Assembly: GCA_963632005.1 (NCBI GenBank)
Contig: CAVGTL010000001.1
Span: 1 to 44,084, forward strand
DNA: 44,084 nucleotides
Origin: Succinivibrio sp.
GTDB taxonomy: Bacteria > Bacillota > Clostridia > Peptostreptococcales > Anaerovoracaceae
Reading direction: 5' to 3'
Program-made: the position numbers and the translations under genes
Shown: piece by piece, positions 18,047 through 27,400 of the stretch
Layout of the letters: each line of letters opens with the position of its first letter
Numbering within the stretch: the stretch's first letter is position 1
Notes under the pieces: model-generated
What the model was told of the DNA's origin: nothing
What the model saw: the letters and a program-made list of their open reading frames with translations, nothing else
Databases searched by the model: none

Positions 18047-18490
18047 CTAATCCAACAAATACCCTGCCTCATAAGAGCACTCAAGATAACTTGGATTTTC
18101 ACAGTACAGCCCTGTTCTGAAATCTGATATCTCATCGCTTATAAACGAATTGAACAACTTTAAAGCCTCGTTTACCTCATCCCCTGCTACTGCACAGTCG
18201 ATTATCATATCACAATACAACTTGCCTATCGCCGTATATGACGGGATCCTTTCACGGCAGCCCGTTATCGTATCAAAATCACCGTCATTTATACCGTACT
18301 CTTCTATAACTTCATCAGATACCTGCTCAAATGAAAGGCAATGATTAACTGCAGCATCCTGAAGCTGATCCTCTATCCCCCGCGCGCCCAGCGCGCCCAC
18401 GACCGCTCCGCGTCTGTTCTTCGTAACACGTCCTATATACTCGATAAGCGAGCACACATAAAACAGATCATTCCTTCTTTCCGCTGTCAT
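18047..18490 (-). CDS. DUF3791-like protein
   Basis: 147 aa. The N-terminal LFYVCSLIEYIGRVTKNRR pattern matches my recollection of DUF3791. GAGGTG RBS lies inside the upstream gene, with a 23-nt overlap. Confidence 0.6.
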   Translation of the reverse strand: MTAERRNDLFYVCSLIEYIGRVTKNRRGAVVGALGARGIEDQLQDAAVNHCLSFEQVSDEVIEEYGINDGDFDTITGCRERIPSYTAIGKLYCDMIIDCAVAGDEVNEALKLFNSFISDEISDFRTGLYCENPSYLECSYEAGYLLD

Positions 18491-18923
18491 AATATACCAC
18501 CTCGCTCTTTATGAATTTCAGACATTTTAAAGCTGCCAGCGTGTGAAAACTTATCTGATGTGTTGGATATTTAAACCTTGCTAATGCCCAAAATTGTTCC
18601 TTGCTGAGATCAAAATTCCACACGGTATCATCCGCCATAGGTCCTTCAACAATATCATACTTATGCAGATCACCTCTGCGGCATTTAGCTATAAAATCAA
18701 GCCACTCATCAGTCATCTCATCAAACTTCAGCATAGCTAATTTTTCATCCGGTGTATATTCATAATAATTTATTATCGGCGTTCCTTTTCCTCTGTTTGC
18801 CCAACGCACCGCCTGTTGGAAATTCAACGTACAATAAAACCCCCACGAAAAATCCTTCGTATATTTAGCCATCCTTATCTCAGGATACTCAACGATTTCT
18901 TTACTTGCATGATATAAGATCAA
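18468..18923 (-). CDS. DUF3990-like protein
   Basis: 151 aa. MILYHAS ... GFYCT ... VEGPMADD matches the DUF3990 N-terminal pattern as I recall it. TTG start at 18923 with AGGAG 10 nt upstream. Confidence 0.6.
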   Translation of the reverse strand: MILYHASKEIVEYPEIRMAKYTKDFSWGFYCTLNFQQAVRWANRGKGTPIINYYEYTPDEKLAMLKFDEMTDEWLDFIAKCRRGDLHKYDIVEGPMADDTVWNFDLSKEQFWALARFKYPTHQISFHTLAALKCLKFIKSEVVYYDSGKKE

Positions 18924-19030
18924 TAGTTATATACTCCTGTCATATTTAAACTTTACGATAGCCTGCACATATATGATTTAATTATACCCTTATTTATGAA
19001 TCTGAAAAAGATATTTTAATATTACCAAAT

Positions 19031-19067
19031 ATAATCAAAACAGCCCGGGCATTCTAATGTCCGGGCT
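19031..19067 (-). terminator. terminator of the SPFH operon
   Basis: Hairpin AGCCCGG / CCGGGCT spans 19042-19067, followed on the minus strand by GTTTTGATT. Confidence 0.6.
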
Positions 19068-19149
19068 ATCTACCTCACAGAACGCACATACTCCCATTAT
19101 GAGAGTATAGAAATGCACCCTTTGTTCCAAAAGGATTTAGTGCCTAACA

Positions 19150-19476
19150 TTACCTCCAACCAAGCCGATCAAGTAATTGGTTTAGTTCTTTGATATACCT
19201 TTTGGCCGTGATATGATCCAAATTTGGATTTGGCACATATTTTTCAATATCAGACGTACGATATTCGTATTCCGGGTGCCAAAAAGCTTCACAAATCTTC
19301 CAGATTCGATTTTCATCCTCGTTACAAGTTTTCGTACATATTAAACGGTACTTTTCATTGTTCTCTGGAGAGTATATGCGTTTTAATATACTGCGAAACT
19401 CGTTTGTTGTATTCCAGTCCATATCTGCAAACCCATCTTTAGCGCTCTTTTGTAAGTTCCTCATCAATTTCCGCAA
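19150..19476 (-). CDS. small hypothetical protein, fourth gene of the SPFH operon
   Basis: 108-aa ORF between the zinc-ribbon gene and the operon terminator. Position 19476 is a TTG, and alternative ATG starts lie at 19464 and 19422. I recognise no family motif. Confidence 0.5.
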   Translation of the reverse strand: MRKLMRNLQKSAKDGFADMDWNTTNEFRSILKRIYSPENNEKYRLICTKTCNEDENRIWKICEAFWHPEYEYRTSDIEKYVPNPNLDHITAKRYIKELNQLLDRLGWR

Positions 19477-20536
19477 TTCTCACATTAGCAGCATCAATCT
19501 GTACCTGAATAGGCGAAACAACATCTTCTCTACTTGCTTTTGCTTTCTCTAAATCGTCAGATGCAAGCTTATCGATTCGCTCTTGAAGTGCCTTCTTTTC
19601 CTTTCCCTTGAAAAGACCCAACGCAGATTTTTCTTGCTGTAACGCTTGAATCTTCGCTTCAATTTGTTCTTCTGCTTTTACCTCAGGCAAAGATGAAATC
19701 TCGGCGTTCAAGTTTTCAACTTTTGCTGATAAAGCTTCCCGCTCTTGGTCAAGGGCTGCTTTTTCCTCAGTATGCTCAGACCAATAAGCAGAAATTGCTT
19801 TAGCTTTTAATGCTTCAAGCTCTCTTTTTTCTTCGTCAATCCACCCTTGCAAAAAGTCCTTTTTCCAGTAATCGGTCGCCATGGCTACTGTATAAAATGC
19901 AATCGCGGCCGCATGTAAATACGGCTGGTCATCAATCTTCTGGATATTGTCCATTGTTTCTTTGAACGCATCCAAAAGACCAGAAAACATCTGTATTGTT
20001 TCGCCTTTGTTGGTTCGCGTGACCACTCCATAGCCGTTTTTCCATTCAGTAAAAACAAAATTGCTACACACCATTTTTCCGAGATCAATTCCCATCGAAA
20101 TGATAGCCTGCTTATTCTCTTCTCTGCGTTCAGGTTTGTAGTGATCATCAACAACAGAAATACAATTCTTTAGGACTTTGAAAGTCGCAGCTCTCTTGTA
20201 AACATCACCATCTGTCAAAGAAGCCTTTGCTTTTCCATAGGAGCTGTAAAAGATAGCTTCAATATTATCGGGGTCATTTTGCTCGACCATATTGTAGTAT
20301 TTTTCAGTTTCCTCCCAGTCTTCCTTTTCTTTTGCACGTCGAGCATTGGCAAGATACTTTTCGACAAAAGCGCTGTTATCCACTTTAACAGTACCCTGAA
20401 CATCAACAGTACCTTCAATCATCATTTTCTTAGCCTCTTCTATGGAATACTTACATCCACAACTTTGGCATACAAACACACCACCATCTTTAATTAGATC
20501 CGTGCTACCACACATTTCACAAGTTAACTGTTTCAT
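19439..20536 (-). CDS. zinc-ribbon protein with TPR-like helical region and C-terminal coiled coil
   Basis: N-terminal CEMCGSTDLIKDGGVFVCQSCGCKY is a CxxC...CxxC ribbon. It is followed by an EKYLANARRAKEKEDWEETEKYYNMVEQNDPDNIEA TPR-like repeat. The last roughly 120 aa are heptad-rich (EALKAKA..., LQQEKSAL...). AGGAGG RBS present. Confidence 0.75.
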   Translation of the reverse strand: MKQLTCEMCGSTDLIKDGGVFVCQSCGCKYSIEEAKKMMIEGTVDVQGTVKVDNSAFVEKYLANARRAKEKEDWEETEKYYNMVEQNDPDNIEAIFYSSYGKAKASLTDGDVYKRAATFKVLKNCISVVDDHYKPERREENKQAIISMGIDLGKMVCSNFVFTEWKNGYGVVTRTNKGETIQMFSGLLDAFKETMDNIQKIDDQPYLHAAAIAFYTVAMATDYWKKDFLQGWIDEEKRELEALKAKAISAYWSEHTEEKAALDQEREALSAKVENLNAEISSLPEVKAEEQIEAKIQALQQEKSALGLFKGKEKKALQERIDKLASDDLEKAKASREDVVSPIQVQIDAANVRIAEIDEELTKER

Positions 20537-20552
20537 TTTTCATTCCTCCTAC

Positions 20553-21221
20553 TTACTTCAGAATTTTAATTTTTCTGTTACGCTCATCCAAAAGCAAACT
20601 GATTTCATTAATAATCTTCATCATACTAATGCCTTTTTTCAATTCAGCAGCTTTCTCTATAATCTGTTTTTCCAAATCTGTCAGTCGCTCATCACTTACA
20701 GGATCAGAAAAGCGTACCTTTTCTGCAAGCTGCATTAGTGCCGATTTTATTACTATATCAGTCTCAGAGTTGGCCAATACTTCGATTTCAACTTGCAACT
20801 GTTTAACAAAAAAGACTTTTCCTTGAACCTTTGCAGATACCCTTTCAATTTCATTACGTCCTACACTTGAACAAATCATACAAAACGCAGATACACCTGC
20901 AACCGCTGCACAGATAATAACTGCAGCCCAAACAGGAAGTGTTTGAAAAGATTGAAATATTATAAGTAAAATGATTTGAATTACGAGATATATAATACCA
21001 ATATTAACGATTGGGAATCCCATGAATTTACTTTTCAATGCTTCATCGCTCCTAAAAGCTACTTTCCAAATGATTATCTGAGCAGCAAATGCAATTACTG
21101 TAAATGCATAAGAAACCCAAAAGGCTGCGTTTTTTACCGACGGAACAGCAATAGAAATTATAGTTATTAACACAAACATAATGCCAAGAATAACATAGCC
21201 TTTTGTTCGATTATTTTTCAT
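20553..21221 (-). CDS. integral membrane protein (about 4 TM helices) with a cytoplasmic helical C-terminal domain
   Basis: Four hydrophobic segments are followed by an amphipathic helical tail (ALMQLAEKVRFSDPVSDERLTDLEKQI). I moved the start to the ATG at 21221 because GGGAGG lies 7 nt upstream, 2 nt after the SPFH stop. Confidence 0.7.
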   Translation of the reverse strand: MKNNRTKGYVILGIMFVLITIISIAVPSVKNAAFWVSYAFTVIAFAAQIIIWKVAFRSDEALKSKFMGFPIVNIGIIYLVIQIILLIIFQSFQTLPVWAAVIICAAVAGVSAFCMICSSVGRNEIERVSAKVQGKVFFVKQLQVEIEVLANSETDIVIKSALMQLAEKVRFSDPVSDERLTDLEKQIIEKAAELKKGISMMKIINEISLLLDERNRKIKILK

Positions 21222-21223
21222 TA

Positions 21224-22396
21224 CTAATCCTCCCGCCTTGTCCCACATTTAGGACAAAACTTACCAGGTTTGATAAATTTGAACCCACATCTAATACAAA
21301 TGTCATGAGTTGCCTGCGATGCGCCGCATTCATCACAGAATAACGCTCCTGGTGTCAGTTCAGCTCCACATTGGTCGCAAAAACGGTTCACCGTTGCCTG
21401 CGGCTGAGTAGTTATTCCTGTAAATGCATCAGATACAGCACCTCCAACCATTCCACCGACTGTTCCACCTATACCAGTCATCATTCCCAGTCCAATACCC
21501 ATACTTGAAAACTGTCCGCTTCCCTCATTTTTCGCTACATCCTGCGCTACATCGAATCCACGCTCCTGTTGATATGTATAACCTTCCTGTATTCGCTTAG
21601 TTGCCTGAGCCTGAGAATCAATTATAACTTTCTGTGCCTCAGTCTGTGCATTGATCACATCAGTCTGCTGTTTCAGCTTTGCCTCTGCAATATCAGCATA
21701 CTGGCGAAAATGCAGTTCCTTAAACTTTTCATACTGCGAGTCGCCATCTGGTTTGACCACAGTAGTTACATAAAAACGCTTCAGCTGTATACCATAATCA
21801 AGAAAATCCGGAATTAACCTCCGCTTGATACCTTCCGAAAAGATTTCAAGACTTTCATCAATTTCAAATATATTGATTGCATTGGCTCGCATTGTCTGAG
21901 CAATATATGTTTTTACCTTCGACATCAGAATGCTACGAAAATATGTCACCAACTGCTGTCGATTTAAAATATGCTCTGTTCCGACCAATTTGACTAATAC
22001 TTTACGGGAATCATCCACGCAAAGTGACATCTCACCACTTGCACCAATGGAAATAGGAAATTTATATGTAGGCTCTACATACTGCACCTTACTATCTGTT
22101 CCCCAACGAATTGCCATTTGTTCAGTCTTATTTATGAAATATATTTCGCAATGAAATGCACTAACGCCTCCCGTCGGTATATTAATCAGATGACGTAGAA
22201 TTGGTATATTCTCCGTTTCCAATGTATGCCGTCCCGGGCCAAACAAATCAAGTGCCTGCCCATTTAAAAAGAGAATTGCTTCCTGTGATTCGTGGACGAT
22301 CAACTGAGATGATGTATTAAAATCCTCACAGGGGTGCTTCCATATGAAGGTACTATTATCACCTTCATATTTGATAACGGAAGCAATTGATGCCAT
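21224..22396 (-). CDS. SPFH/band-7 family protein with C-terminal double zinc ribbon (COG4260 / YdjI-like)
   Basis: The N-terminal pattern VIKYEGDNSTFIWKHP...LIVHESQEAILFLNGQALDLFGPGRHTL is typical of the COG4260 SPFH group. There is a Q/A/K-rich coiled coil, a Gly/Met-rich segment (GIGLGMMTGIGGTVGGMVGG), then CDQCG...CDECG and CIRCG...CPKCG. AAGGAGGG RBS present. Confidence 0.8.
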   Translation of the reverse strand: MASIASVIKYEGDNSTFIWKHPCEDFNTSSQLIVHESQEAILFLNGQALDLFGPGRHTLETENIPILRHLINIPTGGVSAFHCEIYFINKTEQMAIRWGTDSKVQYVEPTYKFPISIGASGEMSLCVDDSRKVLVKLVGTEHILNRQQLVTYFRSILMSKVKTYIAQTMRANAINIFEIDESLEIFSEGIKRRLIPDFLDYGIQLKRFYVTTVVKPDGDSQYEKFKELHFRQYADIAEAKLKQQTDVINAQTEAQKVIIDSQAQATKRIQEGYTYQQERGFDVAQDVAKNEGSGQFSSMGIGLGMMTGIGGTVGGMVGGAVSDAFTGITTQPQATVNRFCDQCGAELTPGALFCDECGASQATHDICIRCGFKFIKPGKFCPKCGTRRED

Positions 22397-22411
22397 AGCT
22401 TAGCCCTCCTT

Positions 22412-22439
22412 CGTTTTTAATAGTGTACTTTTCCAAAAC
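22412..22439. promoter_or_regulatory. candidate serine-recombinase crossover site L (hix-like, core GT)
   Basis: Sequence CGTTTTTAATAGT GT ACTTTTCCAAAAC. Each 13-bp half-site matches site R at 10/13 positions by hand alignment. It lies directly upstream of the SPFH gene RBS. Confidence 0.5.
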
Positions 22440-22546
22440 CATATTTTATAATATGCAGAGCATAATAATTTTTCTAAAATCCATAAAATGATTGAAAATT
22501 ACTACTATAGCATATATACTTTAATTAGATTTATTATCACTGCATT

Positions 22547-22574
22547 AGTTTGTAAAAGTACACTTTTACAAACT
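22547..22574. promoter_or_regulatory. candidate serine-recombinase crossover site R (hix-like, core AC)
   Basis: Sequence AGTTTGTAAAAGT AC ACTTTTACAAACT. The 13-bp arms are perfect inverted repeats around a 2-bp core. It starts 3 nt past the recombinase stop codon. On the minus strand no U-run follows, so it is not a canonical terminator. Confidence 0.55.
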
Positions 22575-22577
22575 ATT

Positions 22578-23276
<699 letters not shown>

Positions 23277-23468
23277 TTATCGCCTTTAGCACGCCGGGTA
23301 CGCATTTTTCGCTGTCTGTTGCACCCTTGTTTCAAATATATTTTCAAGGTATTATTTTATTTTTATTCCATTATATGGTTGACATGATTATTTTCAAATG
23401 TTATTCTTAATTGTAATTTTATTACATATCACAAAAGAGGTACAGTATTTCACAGAAAGGATTAGACT

Positions 23469-24380
23469 ATGACTGAAAAAAACATTTTCTCAGAAGCATA
23501 TACCAACGATATATGCAAGGTATTCGATGATAACATTCATTACAATGCACAGCTGTCCACAAGTACTGACAACGGCGGATTCAAGCGCCTCAGAGATGCA
23601 AACCTGTCGGACAACTTCATGTTCGCCAAGGTAATGAGCGATCCGACTGTCTTAAAAGAATTTCTCCAAATCGTCCTCGGTATCAAGATCCGCCGCATCG
23701 TAATGACGCAGTATGAAAAAACTATATTTCCTGACCCGGCAGCAAAAAGTATTCGTTTGGACGTTTATGCTGATGACAGCCAAAACCGCAAATACAGCGT
23801 TGAAATGCAGGGGTATGTTGAATATAATATAGGCAGGAGGAGCCGTTACTATCAGAGCGTTATCGACATCGATTCACTCTCACGCGGTCAGGGCTACGAA
23901 AAGCTCAGTGATGCATTCGTCATATTTGTATGCACTTACGATCCGTTTGGTGCCGGTATGCAGAAATATGTATTTCAAAAGCGCTGCATCAACGCAGGCA
24001 GTGACATCATGCTTAATGACGGTGTATCTACTGTCATACTGACAGACAACAGCGGCGATTCTGTCATAAACGAGTTTTTCAAGTATCTGAAAAACTCCAC
24101 ATATGAAGAAGCTGAACGCAGCGAAAGTAGGCTCATCAAGCTTATCAATCAAAAGGTAGAAAAAGTACGCTTCGATCCTGCGCTGGAGGTAGAGTATATG
24201 AGATTTCAGGAATTACAACGTGAACAGTTCAATAAAGGTCGCGAACAGGGCATTGCTGAAAAACAGTTAGCTATCATAAAAAACATGTTAAATATGGATA
24301 TGAACGATGATACGATACAGACTGTAACCGGCTGCACCGTAGAATACCTTGCAGCTGTTAAACAAAGTATGGTTAATTAA
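23469..24380 (+). CDS. Rpn family recombination-promoting nuclease / putative PD-(D/E)XK transposase
   Basis: The N-terminal SDNFMFAKVMSDPTVLKEFLQ and RLDVYADD...YSVEMQ nuclease-core pattern is typical of the Rpn/YhgA-like family. Confidence 0.75.
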   Translation: MTEKNIFSEAYTNDICKVFDDNIHYNAQLSTSTDNGGFKRLRDANLSDNFMFAKVMSDPTVLKEFLQIVLGIKIRRIVMTQYEKTIFPDPAAKSIRLDVYADDSQNRKYSVEMQGYVEYNIGRRSRYYQSVIDIDSLSRGQGYEKLSDAFVIFVCTYDPFGAGMQKYVFQKRCINAGSDIMLNDGVSTVILTDNSGDSVINEFFKYLKNSTYEEAERSESRLIKLINQKVEKVRFDPALEVEYMRFQELQREQFNKGREQGIAEKQLAIIKNMLNMDMNDDTIQTVTGCTVEYLAAVKQSMVN

Positions 24381-24410
24381 AAAATACTGATCAGAGAAAT
24401 AAAATAATAA

Positions 24411-24452
24411 AATTCCCGGACAACTGTCATGCCGTCCGGGAATTTTATTTTT
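24411..24452. terminator. bidirectional terminator (right copy of the island-flanking repeat)
   Basis: Hairpin AATTCCCGGAC / GTCCGGGAATT followed by a T-run, with an A-rich stretch upstream. Confidence 0.75.
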
Positions 24453-24487
24453 GCTGTGATATCATTTATCAAAATATATATCACATA

Positions 24488-27400
24488 TTAATTTTTTCTG
24501 TTTTTCCTTACACGGAAATAGCCGCCCATGATTATCACAATCATGACAACTGCAAGTGTCAACGCCGCAGCGACCGGATTTTCAGCTATAGTTTTCTGAA
24601 CGAGCTCATACACCTTATCCGGCGAACCTTCTGAAGGAAGCTGTTCCTCGCCATGCTGCTCTTCTCCTGCATTGCTCTGCGAGCTTACCTCTATATCAGA
24701 ACCTGTCTGACCTGCTTCCGCGTCAGCGCCGCCTTCTGCAGACGGTGCAAGTGACACGCCACCGTCAGCAGATCCTGTAGCGTAGCCTGTACCCGATGTT
24801 GAGATAAAGTAATCCTTCTGACCGTCAAGTCCATGTCCGAAGAACTGTCCTATAGACACGCCTCTGTTCAGAAGCTCCTGAAGTATAGGGTAATAGTGCC
24901 TGTCAAAGTTAGCATCGACATACAGGTGATATGTACTGAGTATATTACCTGTGAAATGTATTACCGTATCGTTGCCAAATGCATTTTTGTCGAGCGTAGT
25001 AAGCGTCTCAGGCAGATAAACCTCAGATAAAGCTGTATTTGCGAAAGCATTTTTAGCTATCTGTTTCACGCCTTCTTTAAACAGCACATAACTCATGGAG
25101 CTTGCCCCGTTAAATGCGTTCTCGTATATCCTTTCAAGCGAAGTCTGAGAAAGATCTGCAAACAGCAATGACGTACAGCCCTGAAATGCCCCCGGCATTA
25201 TTATCCTGAGCTTTTTATTGAAATTTACGACTCTCAGCGATGTGCAGCCCTTAAACGCATTCTCATAAATGCCATCAAGTTCTGAAGGTAATTTAACGCT
25301 TACGAGACTCGTATTATCTGCGAACGCATTTTTTTCTATGCTCACTACAGGATATCCTGCCACCTCATCCGGTATCACAAGGTCTGCTGCGGCATTGCTG
25401 TTTGCTGTCAGACACTTAACTCCGGCTTTTGTGCTGAACTCTCCGTTGGTTTCTGAAAAAGACAGCTTATAGTCAAGTCCGCCGTATGAGGCATATACGC
25501 TGCCATTATATGCTCCGTATATGTCCTGACGCGTATTTTCTGTATAGAACTTCATTCCCGCAGGTACCGGATATTTATCTGAAGCTATATATAAACAGTA
25601 CTTTGTATACTTTTCTGCATAAGAGCCTGACGGGCATACAAAGCGCAGAACCCCCATATTGCTGCAGAAAAACGCTCCGTTATCTATGTGCTGTACGCTC
25701 GCCGGGAGTGTGACAGTCTTCAGCGACTCGCATCCGGCAAACGCATTGGCATCTATGGTCTTTATGCCCTCTTTAAAATTAACATCCGTAAGTCCTGTAC
25801 ATCCTGAGAATGCAGCTTTCCCTACAGCTGTTACAGTAGAAGGGATATCGACCGTCTTAAGGCCTGTACAGTTCATAAACGCTCTCACGCCTATCTGAGT
25901 TACGCCCTCCGGTATCGTTATCTTTTCAAGACCGCTGTTTGAAAACGCATCATCACCTATAGTTCTGATGTTTGACGGAACTGTATATTCCTTTATCGCC
26001 TTATTTCCTGTAAACAAACCTTCCGGTATTGATGTCCATGAAGCCGGCATATTTATCGTCTCAAGGCTCGAATTTCCATAAAGTGCCTTTTCTTCCAGCT
26101 TAGTCTCTTTAAGACCTTCAGGCAGCTTCAAAGATATCAGTCCGGCTTCCGAAAGCGATTCTTTTCCTAAAGATGTAATATTATCTGAAAGCGTTAAATT
26201 CAACTTTCCATTGCATCCGGCAAGGAAATAATCAGGTATGCCTGTCCAGTTTTTCGGGATATTTATCTCTTTCAATGAACTGCAATTCACAAAAGTACTC
26301 TTGTTATATACTATTCTCTTAGTATTCTGATTCTTTACATATCCTTCTCTGTCCTTCGATTCTCTTGAAAGCCAGAAGCTGTCAGAGCTGAGTCCTTCCG
26401 CAAGCGTTACATTTTCAAGTCCGCTGCCGTCAAATACGTACGCCTGTATCTGCTGCAGTGATGCAGGAAGCGTCACAGACCTGAGCGACGTACATTTGCT
26501 GAATGCATCTGAGCACAGTACTTCAAGCTTTTCCGGCAGCTTTACATCACTGAGACTGCTGCACCCGCTGAATGCGAAACTGTGTATCACCTTAACACTG
26601 TCAGGTATCGATGCCTTTTTTACAGAAGTACAGCCGGAGAAGATTCCTTCCGGTATCTCTGTTATTCCATTTGCAAATGAAACATCAACAAGTGATGAGC
26701 AGCCTGCAAACATGTCTGTACCTGCTTCTTCAAGAGCCGATACTTTTACAGATGTCAGCGATGTACAGTCCTCAAATGCACTGCTGCCTATCTTCGTCAC
26801 ACCGCTCGGTACCGAAATATCTTTCAGAGCAGCACAGCCCTTAAACGCAGCCTCGCCTATCGATGTAAGACCGTTTCCGAACGTTACTTTTTCAAGCTTT
26901 TTGCAGTTGTAAAATGCACGCGCTTCTATCGTCTTAACAGAACCCGGGATCACGACTTCTTTTATCGCTGTTTCCGAGAAAGCTCCTGTACCTATAGTCT
27001 CAAGCCCGTACGGAAGCGTTACCGACCTTATAGCGCTGTTTCCGCCAAAGCCGCTCACATAAGAAAGATCCTTACTGTTCTGTAATGATATCTCCTTAAG
27101 CGCAGCGCATCCCTTGAATGCTCCGCTTCCAATGTATTCCAAACTCTTTGGGAGCACGAGCTCATCGACTGAGGAGCATCCTTCAAATGCATTAGCTTCT
27201 ATGCGCTTAACTCCCTCCGGTATTACGATCTTTTCCAGAGTAGTTATTTCACTGAATGCTCCCTGCGGTATACGATCCATACCTGACGAGAGTCTGAGCT
27301 CAGTTACAGGACAGCCTTTGAACGCATTTTTTCCGACTTCTGTCACATTTTCGGGAAGTGTCAGTGTTCCGCTCAACGGACAGTTTGCAAATGCTTCTGC

